Below are positions 12,901-25,815 of a stretch of DNA of 64,000 nucleotides, one piece after another. The stretch is from Chara braunii (Eukaryota > Plantae > Charophyceae): assembly GCA_003427395.1 (NCBI GenBank), contig BFEA01000012.1, forward strand, positions 4,609,512 to 4,673,511. Reading direction: 5' to 3'. The notes under the pieces were generated by a model. That model made no database searches, was not told where the DNA came from, and saw only the letters and a program-made list of their open reading frames with translations. Every line of letters begins with the position of its first letter. Within the stretch, counting starts at the first letter, position 1. A program made the position numbers and the translations under genes.

Positions 12901-13470
12901 CCTTGGCATCAGAGCTATCCGTAACTTCATCACTGACGCTTGTGGCCGCAAAGTCGGTCTCCCTTCGACCGGTTATGACTCCCCGATCACCATTCGAGTA
13001 GGGGACAAGGACACATCCGTCGCATTAGACCGCATCGTTCCCGAGACCACCATAACCATCGACCCTCTCCGGAGTCAGGTCTCATTCGATGTCATGCACT
13101 TGATGTGCGACATCGTCCTGGGAACCCAATGGCTTGACCATTTCATGCCCTACGCATTCCATCCCACCTTTTTTCGCTTCACCACATTCCCTGACCCTAC
13201 CCTCGACATTCCCTACTTTCCTCACCCTACCTCCCAACCTTTCGTCACCCCCACCAGTTCCTCCACATGGCTCATCAGAACCCCGACTCTACCTAGTACT
13301 GTCTTGTCCTTGATCATGAGCGTCCCGAGGACTTGCTTCCGACGGACAAACCCGACCAAGCTCCCCCTTCCTACCCCGCTCTTACTTCCATCCTCAAGGA
13401 GTTCAAGGACGCCTTTCCCGAGTCCTTGCCTGTCGGACTACCTTCGGATCATGGTGTCTCTCATACCATC
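6921..13470 (+). mobile_element. Degenerate Ty3/gypsy gag-protease-RT start, split by a 4.2-kb insertion
   Basis: Gag motif LQGIPTFSGKSHDDV (~7450); PRLKKLTTEER (to 8208) rejoins AYLQANNGCFRCRQLEHQRTNC zinc knuckle (from 12409); decayed protease (TLLGIRAIRNFI...DIVLGTQWL); RT entry LKEFKDAFPESLPVGLPSDHGVSHTI (13393-13470). Confidence 0.85.
8209..12404 (-). mobile_element. 4.2-kb non-coding LTR-type insertion nested in gag
   Basis: Ends CGTCG...CGACA; flanks ACGT/ACAT; minus-strand TATA (GGCTATAAAAG, ~10470); PBS-like TGGCGCCGACTG at 11425-11436; blocks 8447-8765 and 9135-9320 recur at 34523-34823 and 35575-35755. Confidence 0.7.
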
Positions 13471-16330
13471 GTCTAACAGACTTTGCACTTCGGGTGGTAT
13501 GGGCACTTCTTCTTTTTTCCCTTCATTAACCGGCCTCACAGAGGCAACAAACATTTTTCGTCGAGGTCATTCTTGACCACGAGCCTGGCGAACACGGGGG
13601 CACTCATACAACAAAGGGGCAAACTACTTTCTACACCGGATGCATGAAACAAACGCAACTTTTTTTTTCGACTTGTGGGACTGGGCAGCCAACACTCGTG
13701 CTCGCTCATCTTAACGCCAGCATACGTGGCGTTGCCCCAGTCTGTTCCAAATATCATGTCAAAAGGAAGGCTATCCTTCACTAAGAGTGTCTGGGAGCTC
13801 ATAACTTTCTCTACTTTCCCCCCCACCTCCAACCGGAAGTATGCCTTGACCCCTTCAACATAGCATACTACAACCTCTTTATTATCGACCAATTTACTAA
13901 TGATCGGCTCATCGAGCTTTTTCACCTGCATTCCTAGGTGCATCTTCTGCAACCCTCTTCTACTAATATAACTGCACGTCGACCCACTGTCTACTAACGC
14001 TCCTATCCTTTCTCCACGCACTTCTACATCTGCTATTATTAGCTGCCCCTTCGACTTCTTCTTCATTTCGGCCCAAGCGCGGCGACGAGTGATCAGTTCG
14101 TCACCAATGCTTGCGAGGGAACCACCTAGAGAGGTCCTAGCACAAGCAACCTCTGGACAACTAGCTAGGTGGGGGCCTACCACAATCTCTCCCATCGGGA
14201 TCTTCGGATAGGAGGGTGCCTTCTCAACAAGCGCTTTTGTCTCTTTGTCTAAGTCCGAAGTCTCCGTAGAGGCGACTACAACCTCTACTGGCTGTTCCCT
14301 CTTGGGTACTGATATTCTGAACAAAAAAGAACAATGTGGTCGGGGTCACCACACTTGAAACATTGCCTGGCCTCGCGGCGACGATCCCATACTTTTTCGT
14401 CTATTACCATCTCCACCCAAGGTTTGCCCTCAGATATTCCTGGGTGCTCTGGGTACGACCGCCAAGTCCCACCTCTACCTCTACCCCTGTGAAGGAGAAC
14501 CTCTACCACCTTGCAAGGGACCATAACCCCTACCTCCCACGTAGTAGCTACCTTCGCCACAAGCGCTCTTGCAGTGGGACCTTGTCCTCCACCTCGTCCT
14601 TGATCTCGGCCTTCTCTACCTCGACGTCTACCTTGTCGCCCTTCCCCACGGCCTGCAACTGCCGCATAGTCCGCTCCCTGGTCTACTCGGTTGGTGTTCT
14701 CTTCTTTTAGGCCATAATCCATTTGGTCGTATGGTAATGACTCTACACCTCCTTCCTCGAAGGTGGCCAGCAGATTATCCTTCCCCTCTATACTCCCAGA
14801 TATGGTCCGATTCTTCCACCTCTTACCGGCTTGCAGATCCTTCCTGTAGTGGCAATAGTTAGCCTCTTGCAGGAAGCCAACATGGTCTACAACGATTTTA
14901 CTAAACTTTTCGTAAGTCATCCCCTCCTGTTAAGTACGGGGATATAACTACGTCTTAAGGGGTTCGTAAAGCGCTCTAGCAAAATTGTTCAGGATCTGAG
15001 TGGGGGGTCAGTCTGTGTTCCGGACATTGCAACAGCTCGTCCATAGTGGCCTTGAGTACCGATGCACTTTTCCACTTGTGGTCACTAATGTTAGGATGAG
15101 GGACTCAGTACGGCGGGCTCAGTTCTTATCTTGGGACCGGTCTTTCAAGGCCCTGAAAAAAATCCTCTATCCTGGTGTGTTGTGAGTACTGCACCATTGA
15201 GGTACAATTTGCCTCCTTCACCAACGAAATTGTGAAGCTTGCCGCATGTCCCCCTAGATACGAACTCGCCATAAGTACATAGTCCCACTATGGAATCAAA
15301 TGTCCGAACAAGCACGTGTCCATCGCCGCCTCCCAATGAAAAATGCTCTCGTCCTTCTTCCCAGTGTATGTCCAAGGGAGTTTTACCTTCATCTTCTCCC
15401 GTCGTTCTCCTCCCTTAGACTTATCTCCTTCCTTCCTTCCATCATTTTTTATGGGACCCTTTCCTTTCTTGTCACCATCTCCATCATCGCCATCATCTCC
15501 ACCCCCACCACTGCCACCTATCTTAACTGCAGCGATGGTGTTAGTCAGTTTCTGAGTGAAGATATCATCTAGTTGGCGTGCATACTGTAGGACCCTGTGG
15601 TCCACTTGTCTGGATGACGCACTAAGGTAGTTATTCCGGATGCCCTTAAACTCCTCCTGGTGTTGTTATACCTTTCCAACGGCTCGTTGAAGTGCAGAGA
15701 GTTCTTGAGTGGTGTGCAGCAAAGTGTCGGTCAGAAGGTTTCAACGTTCCTCAGTTTCTACTTGTTTCCCTTTATGCTCTTTCAGCAACCTCTAGAGTCT
15801 CTCCCCTTCCTCCTTCAGTCTTTTTTTCTCCTCAAATTCTTTCCTTCTTGTGGCCAACAACTTTTGATTGAGTTCCCCTTTTTTCTCCTCAATCAGCGAC
15901 TTCCTTTCCTCTTAATCCTTTGCTGCTGCCAACTTCGCCACAAATCGATCTCTCTCTTCGTTTGTCTCCCCCGGAAGCTTTGTCGCGTACCCAAATTTCT
16001 CCACCCAGTCCAAGTCCTCAATCTGCTGGAGTTTTAACTCTGCAACATGGCTGCTCTCCGCCACCTCCTCTTCTTCTGATTGTGCTCGTCTCCTAACCAA
16101 TCCTCCTCCTCCTTTTTCTTCCTCTTTTTCTTCAACTTCTAGCTCCTTCAATTCTTTTTCTCTCTTCTTCATCTCTTTCTCTATTTAATCTTTCTCCTCC
16201 AGTTTTTTTTTAACTTCCTCCTCTTTTTTCTTTTTCTCCTCCTTCTCTTTCTTCTTCTTAGCCATCTTCCTATCAATCTTTGTCAGTCGATCTGCGGTAT
16301 ATGGTTGTGTTGTCCCACCAGATCTCATGG
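13471..16330 (-). mobile_element. Degenerate Ty3/gypsy gag-protease, truncated at the RT start
   Basis: KVKLPWTYTGKKDESIFHWEAAMDT (gag), CFKCGDPDHIVLFC (zinc knuckle), ALVDSGSTCSYIS and DMIFGTDW (aspartic protease); K/E-rich N-terminus. Confidence 0.9.
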
Positions 16331-17085
16331 CTACACTCATGTCGCATGTCCGGTGGAATCCTAGAGGAAACAAGAAACGGAGGAGTGGACCCCATAGCAC
16401 GGACAGGGTCAACATAGCGAACATTGGGTAGTCATCCATAGTTATGAAAGGCTCAGGTATGTAGCCTCCACCTCCTCACCACGTAGACCTCACCCTCATC
16501 ACTTAAACTACCTAATCTAGATTGGAGTCTGACCTGAGTTCTTCCCCCCTACAGTGTCATTCTAAGGATAGTCTTTATCTCAACATTTTACATTAAAAAA
16601 ATCAGTGTGCAACTATCATGGATTCAAAAAGTAATAGAGGACATAGAAACTTGAATAGAAAAAAACGTGTTTTTTTTTATTCACAACAAGCCAAAAATCC
16701 AAAAAAAAATTAAAAAAATCATTTAGGTATTCTTACTAATATTGATTCAATAGCTTATGAGACAATTGGTTTTATTCCTAGATCTATTACAGCTACCCTG
16801 TCAAGCTGGTGGGCAACCAGCAGCTTAAGGTCAATCAGCAAGGACCTCAGGAATTATGTAACGACGCAGATAGGGCGTCGTGCCCACCAGGATCTGAAGG
16901 TTCGCTCTCAAGACTTATAGCTCCTCACTGCGTCAACTCCGGTTCGGTTGCATGCCCGTCAGTACCGGTCTTAGGGCTAGACGAGTTGTTTTACGAGTGC
17001 TCTCCGCTCATGCCCATGCTCCCTACTTTACACGTGATACATCCAGTTGCCGAGCCTCTAGTCTAGACACGACCTGCTTCATATT

Positions 17086-17094
17086 GTCGGACCA
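17086..17094 (-). promoter_or_regulatory. Probable PBS, tRNA-Tyr type (TGGTCCGAC)
   Basis: 9-nt complement of the plant tRNA-Tyr 3' end as recalled (GUCGGACCA); 2 nt from the LTR CA. Confidence 0.55.
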
Positions 17095-17096
17095 GA

Positions 17097-17620
17097 TGCT
17101 GACTCAAGACAAAATCAGATTGTCATCAGCAGCGACACCAAGATGTGGGAAGGTACCAAGACACTCATTCATTCATTAAACAAATGCAGGGCTTAGGGGG
17201 GCGATGCACTTCACTTGTGAACGTTCCTTCGATGAAGCCCCACGACACTCCTTGCATGCAGATACGTAATCACCATCCCCCCAATGCTGGTCACTTCTTC
17301 GGCCTACAACCCCTATGTCAAACTCCCAATCTCCACTTGTCGGCCTTAATCATGCTAGGGTTGATCACCAGCGGATGCAGCGAGTTACCAGCTCCGATAC
17401 CAATTCCATTGAGCCTCACTGCTCGACACCTTGAGCACACACACACATTGAGAGATTACACGAAATCCACACTGGAGATGCGAAGTCCAAATATGCACAG
17501 CTTAGAAATTCCAACAAATCATCACATTAAACAGTTTCGGAGATCCAGTCACCAAGCGCTCGACAGCGCAGAATTCAGCAACCCAATAGCAGCATCCTCA
17601 CCTAAGGTAGGTGACTCTCT

Positions 17621-17692
<72 letters not shown>

Positions 17693-18367
17693 TCTCTCTC
17701 TCTCTCTCTACTTGAGAATCTTGACTCTGAATACATTCGCTGCTACTCAGCTCTATCCCTACTACTAACTTATGCGGCTATGGCCGCATTTCCTCTCAGT
17801 GCAGTGCTGCCCAGCAGGGCTCTCGCACGCGTGCTACTCGCAGATAGCGCACAAGCACTTCAGCGGCACTTCCACACTTCTCACGAATGAGCAATCTCTC
17901 TGAAATGTGGCTGGCCAGTCCTTATATTGACTTGGACTGAGCCTCAACTCGTCCCAGCCTCTGCTTCCTTTGGCTTGACTTGGACCCGGTACCACATGCC
18001 CACGGCCTGCTTGCTTCAGAATGTCAAGGCCTTGTTTCCTGAATTTTCATTGGTCTGCTGCTGCTTGAGTGTGTGAGTCACGACTTTTCATTTGTGGAAC
18101 ATGACTTTTGACTGTGGGATGTGACTCTTGCCTCTGGGACACGACTTTTGCTTGGAGAAGTGTCGTTTGCCTGGGGGATATGACTTTTCAATATGAGACA
18201 TGACTTTTGCTTACAGAATGCAACTTTTGCCTTTGGGATGTGACTGTTTACCGGGTGCCTCTTGGACTTGACTCCTAAGGTACCCGACTGTGACTTTTCT
18301 GAAACTTACCGACTTGGCCTCCCTTGGCCTGGGACCTTGACCCTGGAATTCGAATTTGGGGTCTGCA
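17097..18367 (-). mobile_element. 5' LTR (~1.27 kb) of the minus-strand gypsy element
   Basis: TGCTGAC...GTCTGCA imperfect inverted termini; contains (CT)n 17617-17709 and degenerate ~20-bp TGACTTTTG repeats 18080-18300. Confidence 0.7.
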
Positions 18368-18879
18368 TCGTGGAATGCCTTTCAATTTCTGCTATCAGGT
18401 TATTAATTGATGCAATTTGAAATTATTTGATTGATTAATGATTGATTGGTTAATCAATTACTTATCAGTTGATTAGTTAGTTGACATGTGCCCGTCTCAA
18501 ATCTGCATTTTTAAAAGGACTGCAACAATTTCAGATTGGAGGCATTAAATTTTTCTTTACGCAGTTGTTTCTGTACCATATCTGATGGTATGGTTTTACC
18601 AGATTCCTAGGTGCACTACGAGGCTTTAAGGGCCACTGGTTCATATATTAGATAACCGTTTTTGCAGTGTTAATCTACTAGTACACGCCATACATCGGCC
18701 ACAGGCCCCTTTGGAGGCCAAAAGGCGATGCTGGCCGCCGATGTATTTTATCGAAGGCACGCAGGCTCCGACTTTTTTGGAGTAGGTGACGAACAATTCT
18801 CCACAAGGCTGGGCCCATTTGCTAGCAGTTTAAGCCACCCTTTTGTGGTGGGTGATTTTTTCCTGAGAAAACTTTTCAA

Positions 18880-19476
18880 TTGTTGGCGCTTACTTTTCTT
18901 TCTCTTTGAAGTTTCGACAAGCCATTGTCAGGTACTGCTGCTGTCTTTTCTGGAAAAGTTTGAAGACTTCTTCTTCTTTTAAACTTTGGTAGTAGTCTTG
19001 TACAAACTTCTTGCTGAAACTTTAAGAAATCTCGGGTCTTTGTTTTTAATTTTTGATAAGCAAAGGGATTCATAATCTGAGAGAATCCATGATCTGTAAA
19101 TCGCAAATGCATTCTTTTTGACTTACCCAAAAGATCCGACTTGCAGCCTTGGTTCAGTTGCACTTCATGCTGCAATGAAGTTTTGTTGGCGCTTACTTTT
19201 CTTTCTCTTTGAAGTTTTGAAAAGCCGTTGTCAGGTACTGCTGCTGTCTTTTCTGGAAAAGTTTGAAGCTTTCTTCTTCGTTTAAACTTTGGTAGTAGTC
19301 TTGTACAACTTCTTGCTGAAACTTCAAGAAATCTCGGGTCTTTCTTTTTTATTTTTGATAAGCAAAGGGATTCATAATCATAGGGAATCCATGATCTTTA
19401 AATCGCAAATGCATTCTTTTTTACTTACCCAAAAGATCCGACTTGCAGCCTTGGTTCAGTTGCACTTCATGCTGCA
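18880..19476. repeat. Tandem duplication of a ~295-bp unit
   Basis: 18880-19174 and 19183-19476 are highly similar. Confidence 0.95.
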
Positions 19477-20203
19477 GATATCTTCTCTCTGTTTGTATTT
19501 TCTTTGGATCTATGGTGAAAATTGATTTTGAAGACATTGATTCGTTCCCCTTAGCTGATTGTAATCTGGTTAAAAATTGAAACTTCTTGACCCCATAAGG
19601 GGATGGGAAAATGCTGTCTGACTGATGGCATGTTTCCTCCTTCCCTCCCTCCCTCCCTCCCTCATTGTGATACTCCATGTTCTTCCTTCTTTCTTCCTCC
19701 TCGTACTGATGGCCACAGACAAGAGTCCTCATCACCGGATGGATTTAAAAGCATAGCAAGAAATTCTGGCTTCATCGTGGCATCACTGTAATCCAAATGA
19801 ACCAGAAACCGAAAGGGGGGAGCGGAATTCGCAGAAGACAATGACAACAGGTTCGGAAACTCTCATGCAGGTGGCATTGCACTCTAGCAAGCTAAGAGGA
19901 AATCAGGCAGCCTGTGTAGGCTGAGAGGAGTAATAAGTGAGTGACCCTGTCCGGAGAGGTAGCTAGCCAGAGGGAAAAGGGGTGGAGCAGATGTAAATCT
20001 CTCCTTCGCAGGGTGCAATCAAATCGAAATCGATGCCGCTATCTCATGGTTCTCCGGCCATAATGCAGAGAAGCATTTAGTGAGTTCAATGATGTAAGGG
20101 AGGTTGAAACCAGTTTCTGGCTGATGTATTTCCGTTTTGCCACAACTTTTTGGGGAAAAAAAAAAAAAAAAAAAAAAGTAACTGGACTGATGCTCCCCAG
20201 GAT

Positions 20204-20590
20204 AGTGATTACTGAACAACGTGTGTTTGGGGCATCATGCCCCGCCGTACACGGACGGCCTCGAACCGGCACCCTCCTGCACAGAAGCGAAGTATCGTAA
20301 CCACTACAACCCTTGGAGGTGTTATAAAACTGCATCCATACCGGTCGTGATATGCAGCCCACCTCCAGGGCTGTAGCGTCCTTGAACTCACACCACACAC
20401 ACACGCACACCACACCACGGACGAACAATCCACACACACTCCGCTTGGACAACACGCAGCTCACCACCGCTACTTTATCCCGCTCACGCACAAGGGCCAA
20501 CTGCCCGGGGGTTCACGGGAGCCTTCACAGTGATTACTGAACAACGTGTGTTTGGGGCATCATGCCCCGCCATACACGGACGGCCTCGAA
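20204..20590. repeat. 325-bp unit with a 62-bp terminal direct repeat
   Basis: 20204-20265 equals 20529-20590 with one mismatch. Confidence 0.9.
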
Positions 20591-21381
20591 TAGAACAGAG
20601 CTAAAAGAGTTGGAAAAAAAAATGAATGCAGTTCAATGCTGTGTATGTCTGTGGTACGTGTGTACAAAGATCCAAGATGCTGGACTTGCACATACCAAGG
20701 CAAAGAAGTGGAAGGCACTATGTCAAGGAATGCTTTGAAGTTTGAAGCCCTGGAAAGGTTCAAGGCTTCAAGCCAAACAATCAAAGGCAAGAAGAAAGGA
20801 CTCTTTTCCACGGCCCGTTGGAATACTCAGATGACCCAGCAGGAGCCCCAAGGGCACCAACGCAGTCCTGAACTTCATGAATGTATAGATGTCCTCGGCA
20901 ACAGGCCATCCACTGCATATGACTGGCCGTTTGTTTCCTTAACTTTCCGTGATTACTACACTTTCGACCCCGCTCACTAACACCCTAAACGCCAAACGCT
21001 AATGCCTAAAACCTTGGTTCTGAGTATGGAATGCACAGTCAGACATCACAGCGACAACTTGAAGCACAGGGTCCCCTATTTGCCATGCATAAGAAGGTGA
21101 TCAGTTGATGCTGTGCATTTGCCACTATGGATTCTGTCCATTTTTCGCATGCCCTTACCCATTCCAGAGAGGTGACATGGCGGTTTATGGTAGTGGTGAC
21201 CTGACTGCTTGTTGGTTGTCACAGTTATCATCACATCAATTCTCCGAATGGTGGGTGGCTGCCTCCTTGTACTCCTCAGTTACCAGCATGTCCATTTTTC
21301 AGCCTGTTTGTCTGCTAAACAAAATGACTGATGGAATGTTCTTGTCTATGGGTGTGACATGATTGTTTGGTTACTGTGCAG

Positions 21382-21501
21382 CCCTTCGTGAGCACACCAA
21401 CGGGATGGATCCTGAGCAAGTTATGCCCATATGTTCTCAGTGTCCTTTATGGAATTCCTCCTGGAGTATACAGACTACATCATGTTGTGATGCATCACTG
21501 T
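21382..21501 (+). CDS. Internal exon of a membrane fatty-acid-desaturase-like (His-box) gene
   Basis: tgcAG acceptor, GTAAGT donor, 120 bp phase 0; PFVSTPTGWILSKLCPYVLSVLYGIPPGVYRLHHVVMHHC contains an HxxxHH histidine box. Confidence 0.7.
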
Positions 21502-21721
21502 GTAAGTGTGGCCCCCTTGAATGTGAAAGAGGCAAATGAATTCCATGCACCCTGGCGAGGGGGGTGTGCCCCCCCCCATCTCGTAAAAGAGAGGCCAAAT
21601 CTTCCTTTTGTTTTCAAATTGGCCACTGGAATGGACTTCGGTAGATCAGGGAAAATCTGGCAATCTGCTCTTTACGGATTGACGGCACTGTGTGAGTGCT
21701 GGCAGTTCAGCTCGGTGGTGG

Positions 21722-21773
<52 letters not shown>
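21722..21773. repeat. (GAT)n microsatellite
   Basis: Direct reading. Confidence 0.98.
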
Positions 21774-21854
21774 CAGAAGAATTGAAGAATGATGATTTTC
21801 TTACAGCTGACAAGGCACGTATCTCCCATGTCAACATTCTCCCACACACCCTAC

Positions 21855-23123
21855 TGTTATGATTCTGGTTGTTTGTTGCCTGAAGGCCAACACTCACTCA
21901 CAGAGACTTCCAGGTATGCCCATACATACACAGAAGGAAGGGGAGATGATAGGAGTATCACACCGCACAGGGAGAGATAACACAGCGGAAGACTTGACCA
22001 TGTGATATGACAGGGTAGAATTCACTCCACTCAATCCTCACAACCAGTCATAGAGAAAAGCCGAGCAGATCACATCCAGGAAAACAATGAAACGATGATA
22101 GTCCAAACCCAGTTATACACTGTTTATTAAACTCAGAGTCTCGAATTGTCAGGATAACTTCAGAACTACTGTGCGCTGCTCAGAAATGAGCAGCGCTTCA
22201 CTCCCCAACCCTGATTAACACCCGTAACACCCCTGATCCCCTGAAACATCAAGCGCCACCCAGATACAGCCTCCTGAGGGAAGCGCCACCCTGAAACAGG
22301 CCTCTGAGGCCAAGCGCCACTCAGAGGATGAAGAAGAAGACCAGCGCCACAGTATCTGATGATGACGAAGTGTCCGAAGACTTCTCGGGTGGAAGTCTGC
22401 AGCAGCGCCACCAAACCCTGACAAGATGACCTCTGAGGAAGAAGCTGTGGCTGCAGCACCACAACCCTGGAACCCCACTCCGGAGGAGGGTCCAGCAGGG
22501 CACCAATCTCTCTCGCCTCCAGCAGACCTCGATAACCCAGACCTCTGTCAGCCTCTGCGTGCTGGCAGAGTACAGCGCAGGTCCCAGCTATGGCCGGCGC
22601 TCCGAAGGTCTGGCTACGCCTGTCTCCTTCCATGCTGAGCCATCACCACTTCCGGTTCACGCGTAGCACAGCAGCGATGTCCTCGGTACCAACTGCCAAA
22701 AGCCCTGAACCGATGTGCCCATTCTATCAATAGACTACAACTAGCCTAGACTCGACCTAGACCGGACTGACTGACCGACCAGTACCGTATCTGTTTCGGC
22801 CTCTCAGCCTCTACCGGACCCGGCTATAGGCTATAGGACCGTCTATCAGAATAGGCCCGTAGGGCCTGTCTGTCCTAGGGGTAGCCCGCGCCAGCTATTC
22901 GCAGTTACAGTAGCTGTAGGGAATCCTGTTAGTACCGGGCCTGTATTTTCCCGGATTTGCAGATATGTCCCTCACGAATTGCCCTCACAGGTAGGTCTCT
23001 CGGTTAGCCCTCAGCCAAACAAAATTGTGAATCTGTCCTGCCTATAGTACAGCCTCGACAGAGAGAGGCTACAGGCAGCCAGAAAACAGCAAGTCATTGC
23101 ACTACTCTCTGTCTTACGGAACA
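21855..23123. mobile_element. Possible LTR remnant with internal ~30-bp AGCGCCAC repeats
   Basis: TGTT...AACA ends; repeats at 22250-22415; no TSD found. Confidence 0.35.
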
Positions 23124-23625
23124 TCGAGGATCATCAGCCCCCCAACACTCCAGCGGATCAATGGGACAGTGGTTGCAGGCACCAGCGCTGGGAAAGACAA
23201 CCCACCCAGCCCTGGTTGAAGCATGTATGAGATGAGCCCTGTCACATGGGTACTTCAGATGCCAGGCTTGGTCATCTGTACCAGCCCCATGAGCAACCCC
23301 CTCAAGGATCCGTACCTAGAGTATATCACCTGAGCTGCCACAGGCAGTATCTAGTGGTCCGGGACTCCAGGACAAGGTCAGACCTATAGGAACCCCTTTG
23401 TGCAGCCATGTCCAACTGTCTATTTCTTATGTTCACTCTCTATGTAGTCGGTACTCTTGCTTTGGTTCGTCTTTTCTATATGTATCTTGTTCAATGTATA
23501 TGTAGTCTGCGATCTGTGGTTTGTACAGGTCTCGGGGTGTCCAAGCCCTCATTGCATATCATCTGCATGTCCTCTATAATCTGTATGTGTCCGACCCAGT
23601 GGTTCCTTAAAATCTGCCAACATTG

Positions 23626-23965
23626 CCCCTGCCTACCTATCAAGCGTAGCCACTTCTAACCCCTGCCTACATATCAAGTGTAGCTGCTTCTAACCCCTGC
23701 CTACCTATCAAGCGTAGCCGCTTCTAACCCCTGCCTANNNNNNNNNNNNNNNNNNNNNNNNNNNNNNNNNNNNNNNNNNNNNNNNNNNNNNNNNNNNNNN
23801 NNNNNNNNNNNNNNNNNNNNNNNNNNNNNNNNNNNNNNNNNNNNNNNAGCTTCTAACCCCTGCCTACCTATCAAGCGTAGGCACTTCTAACCCCTGCCTA
23901 CCTATCAAGCGTAGCCGCTTCTAACCCCTGCCTACCTATCAACTGTAACCGCTTCTGACCCCTGC
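23626..23965. repeat. 34-bp minisatellite CCCCTGCCTACCTATCAAGCGTAGCCRCTTCTAA
   Basis: At least 6 contiguous units around a gap, no spacers. Confidence 0.95.
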
Positions 23966-25815
23966 GAAACCACTCTGCGACCCAAGGTACATCACACCCG
24001 TAATCTTCTCTCACTCCCTACGAGGATGCTCACCACCAACCATGATGGCCCAAGGTAAAGCACACCCCTAATTTTCTCACGCTCTTTACAAGAATGGAAA
24101 GGCACAAGGATTATGAATTACTCTTCAGTAACTGGACAAACATTACACCTCACATCCCTGTATCAGACTTCCCTGATCCTTTCCCCCTCTCCTCCCTCTC
24201 TATAGTGGACCTGCAATGGTATGGCCGTGAACCACAGTAACCACCTCCTCCCCTCCAACCCGGACCCCCCTCCCCCCTACTCTGGGATAACTCCAGTGCC
24301 CCCTGGAGTATACTCCCTGACCAGAGGCTGGGAGATGGAGGGATCAAGAAGAAGGCGTGGTGAATAATGGCAACCAACAGGATCCGGGCAAAGAGGAAGC
24401 ACAGAAAGCAGGGGCTTGTGGATCTCAGAAGGACCGCCATCCTCTGGACATGCTGTCTACCGCTCAGCCTACTCAGCCTGGGTTTAGCCCTGTGTTTGGC
24501 TCTGTTTCTCTATATGCAAGGAATATGAGTGAGAGGGATATACAGAAAAACAAGTTGCAAAATCACGCAGAAGTCCAGATAGTCATGTAACAAGCAGAGA
24601 GCTCAAAAGCACCAAGATTCCATCCAAATAAGAGTGATACAATGAACTCGTGAGCCAATGTCCAAGCCCTCAGGCCACACCAACCCAGTATTCAATGTCG
24701 CTCCTACTGTCTGGCGCCCAGCACCCAGCCTACTCTACTCATCCTACCTATCCTACCTACATTCATGCAACAGGCTCACTTCGACTTCGAAGACCAATGT
24801 ACATGACGTCAACACCAATGCTGACCTCCTACATCACCAGGTACGTACTCTCGACTCCCCTGATCACCCTTGTCCACCCACACCTGCGCCTCCTCCTGAA
24901 GACCACCGTCGCCTCCACCTGCCTGCGACCCTGCAGCCCGGCTATGGCCGCCTGGTGCCCCGCTGCCCTGCAGCTCCCCAAACCACCCAGCGCCCGCACG
25001 GCCCCAGCCAGCACCAGCGCATGCAGACACTTGTGCGCTATCACAGCAGCGTGTCCGCATTGCCTGCCTAGGCCAGAATGCCCTGGACTGGCTGGCCTCC
25101 TCCCTATATGGGAGAGGTTGCTACTGCTGGACTATCTGGGCCTGGCCGTGGAAGTTTCCAGTGATGTGTCGGCCTCACACTGCGTGTGCCCAGAGCACAA
25201 CCACGTGCATCCTGGGCTCAACTGCCTGATGCAGCTGCTTCTTCTGGAAGAGCCCAGGGTGAGGCCCAGGTTGCACTTCAACCAACTGGCGTACAGCAAC
25301 TGTCTGAGACCCACATTGGAAATGCAGAGACAAGGGCCTCTCGTGGATATTCAGGCCCACCTTCACTTAGGGCGGGCACGAGGCTTGCTGGGGGGCACAG
25401 TCCAGAACATATGCATGTTGTCTAGGGGCCCCCGACTCCTGAGGACACATTCCTCACATATATTCAATTGCGGGTGGAATCAATCTCTTAGTATCTGTGC
25501 TTCTCATTTGAGGCTGGGAATTGGCCCAGCCACCTCAAACTCTTCAGCTCATGTTGTGTGCAAGTTTCATATGGGACGCTGGGCCAGTTCCCAACACGTG
25601 CTGCTCGCCACGAATAGATTGGAGCCTTCTGTTCAAAAAGAAAAAGAAAAAAAAATGATGCTGCCTTCAAAGAGTGATGCCCCCATAGAGTTGACTGACC
25701 ACTCTAAAACCCCTTACCCATACCCTGCCACTCACGACTCAGATTAGGACAACCCTGTTATGATCTTTGCTCATATGACAATGCAAAACTCAACTGTGAG
25801 ACAGTGCAAGGTTTC

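Noticed and set aside
20440-20545. Twister-like layout (TAA-CACTG...GGG-ATAAA) on the minus strand
   Set aside because: The T1 pseudoknot and loop 4 consensus could not be satisfied.
23626-23965. 34-bp repeats resembling a CRISPR array
   Set aside because: Units are contiguous with no unique spacers, there are no cas genes, and the context is eukaryotic.
24650-25747. 365-aa ORF
   Set aside because: Non-ATG start, low complexity and no domain motifs; likely decayed TE sequence.
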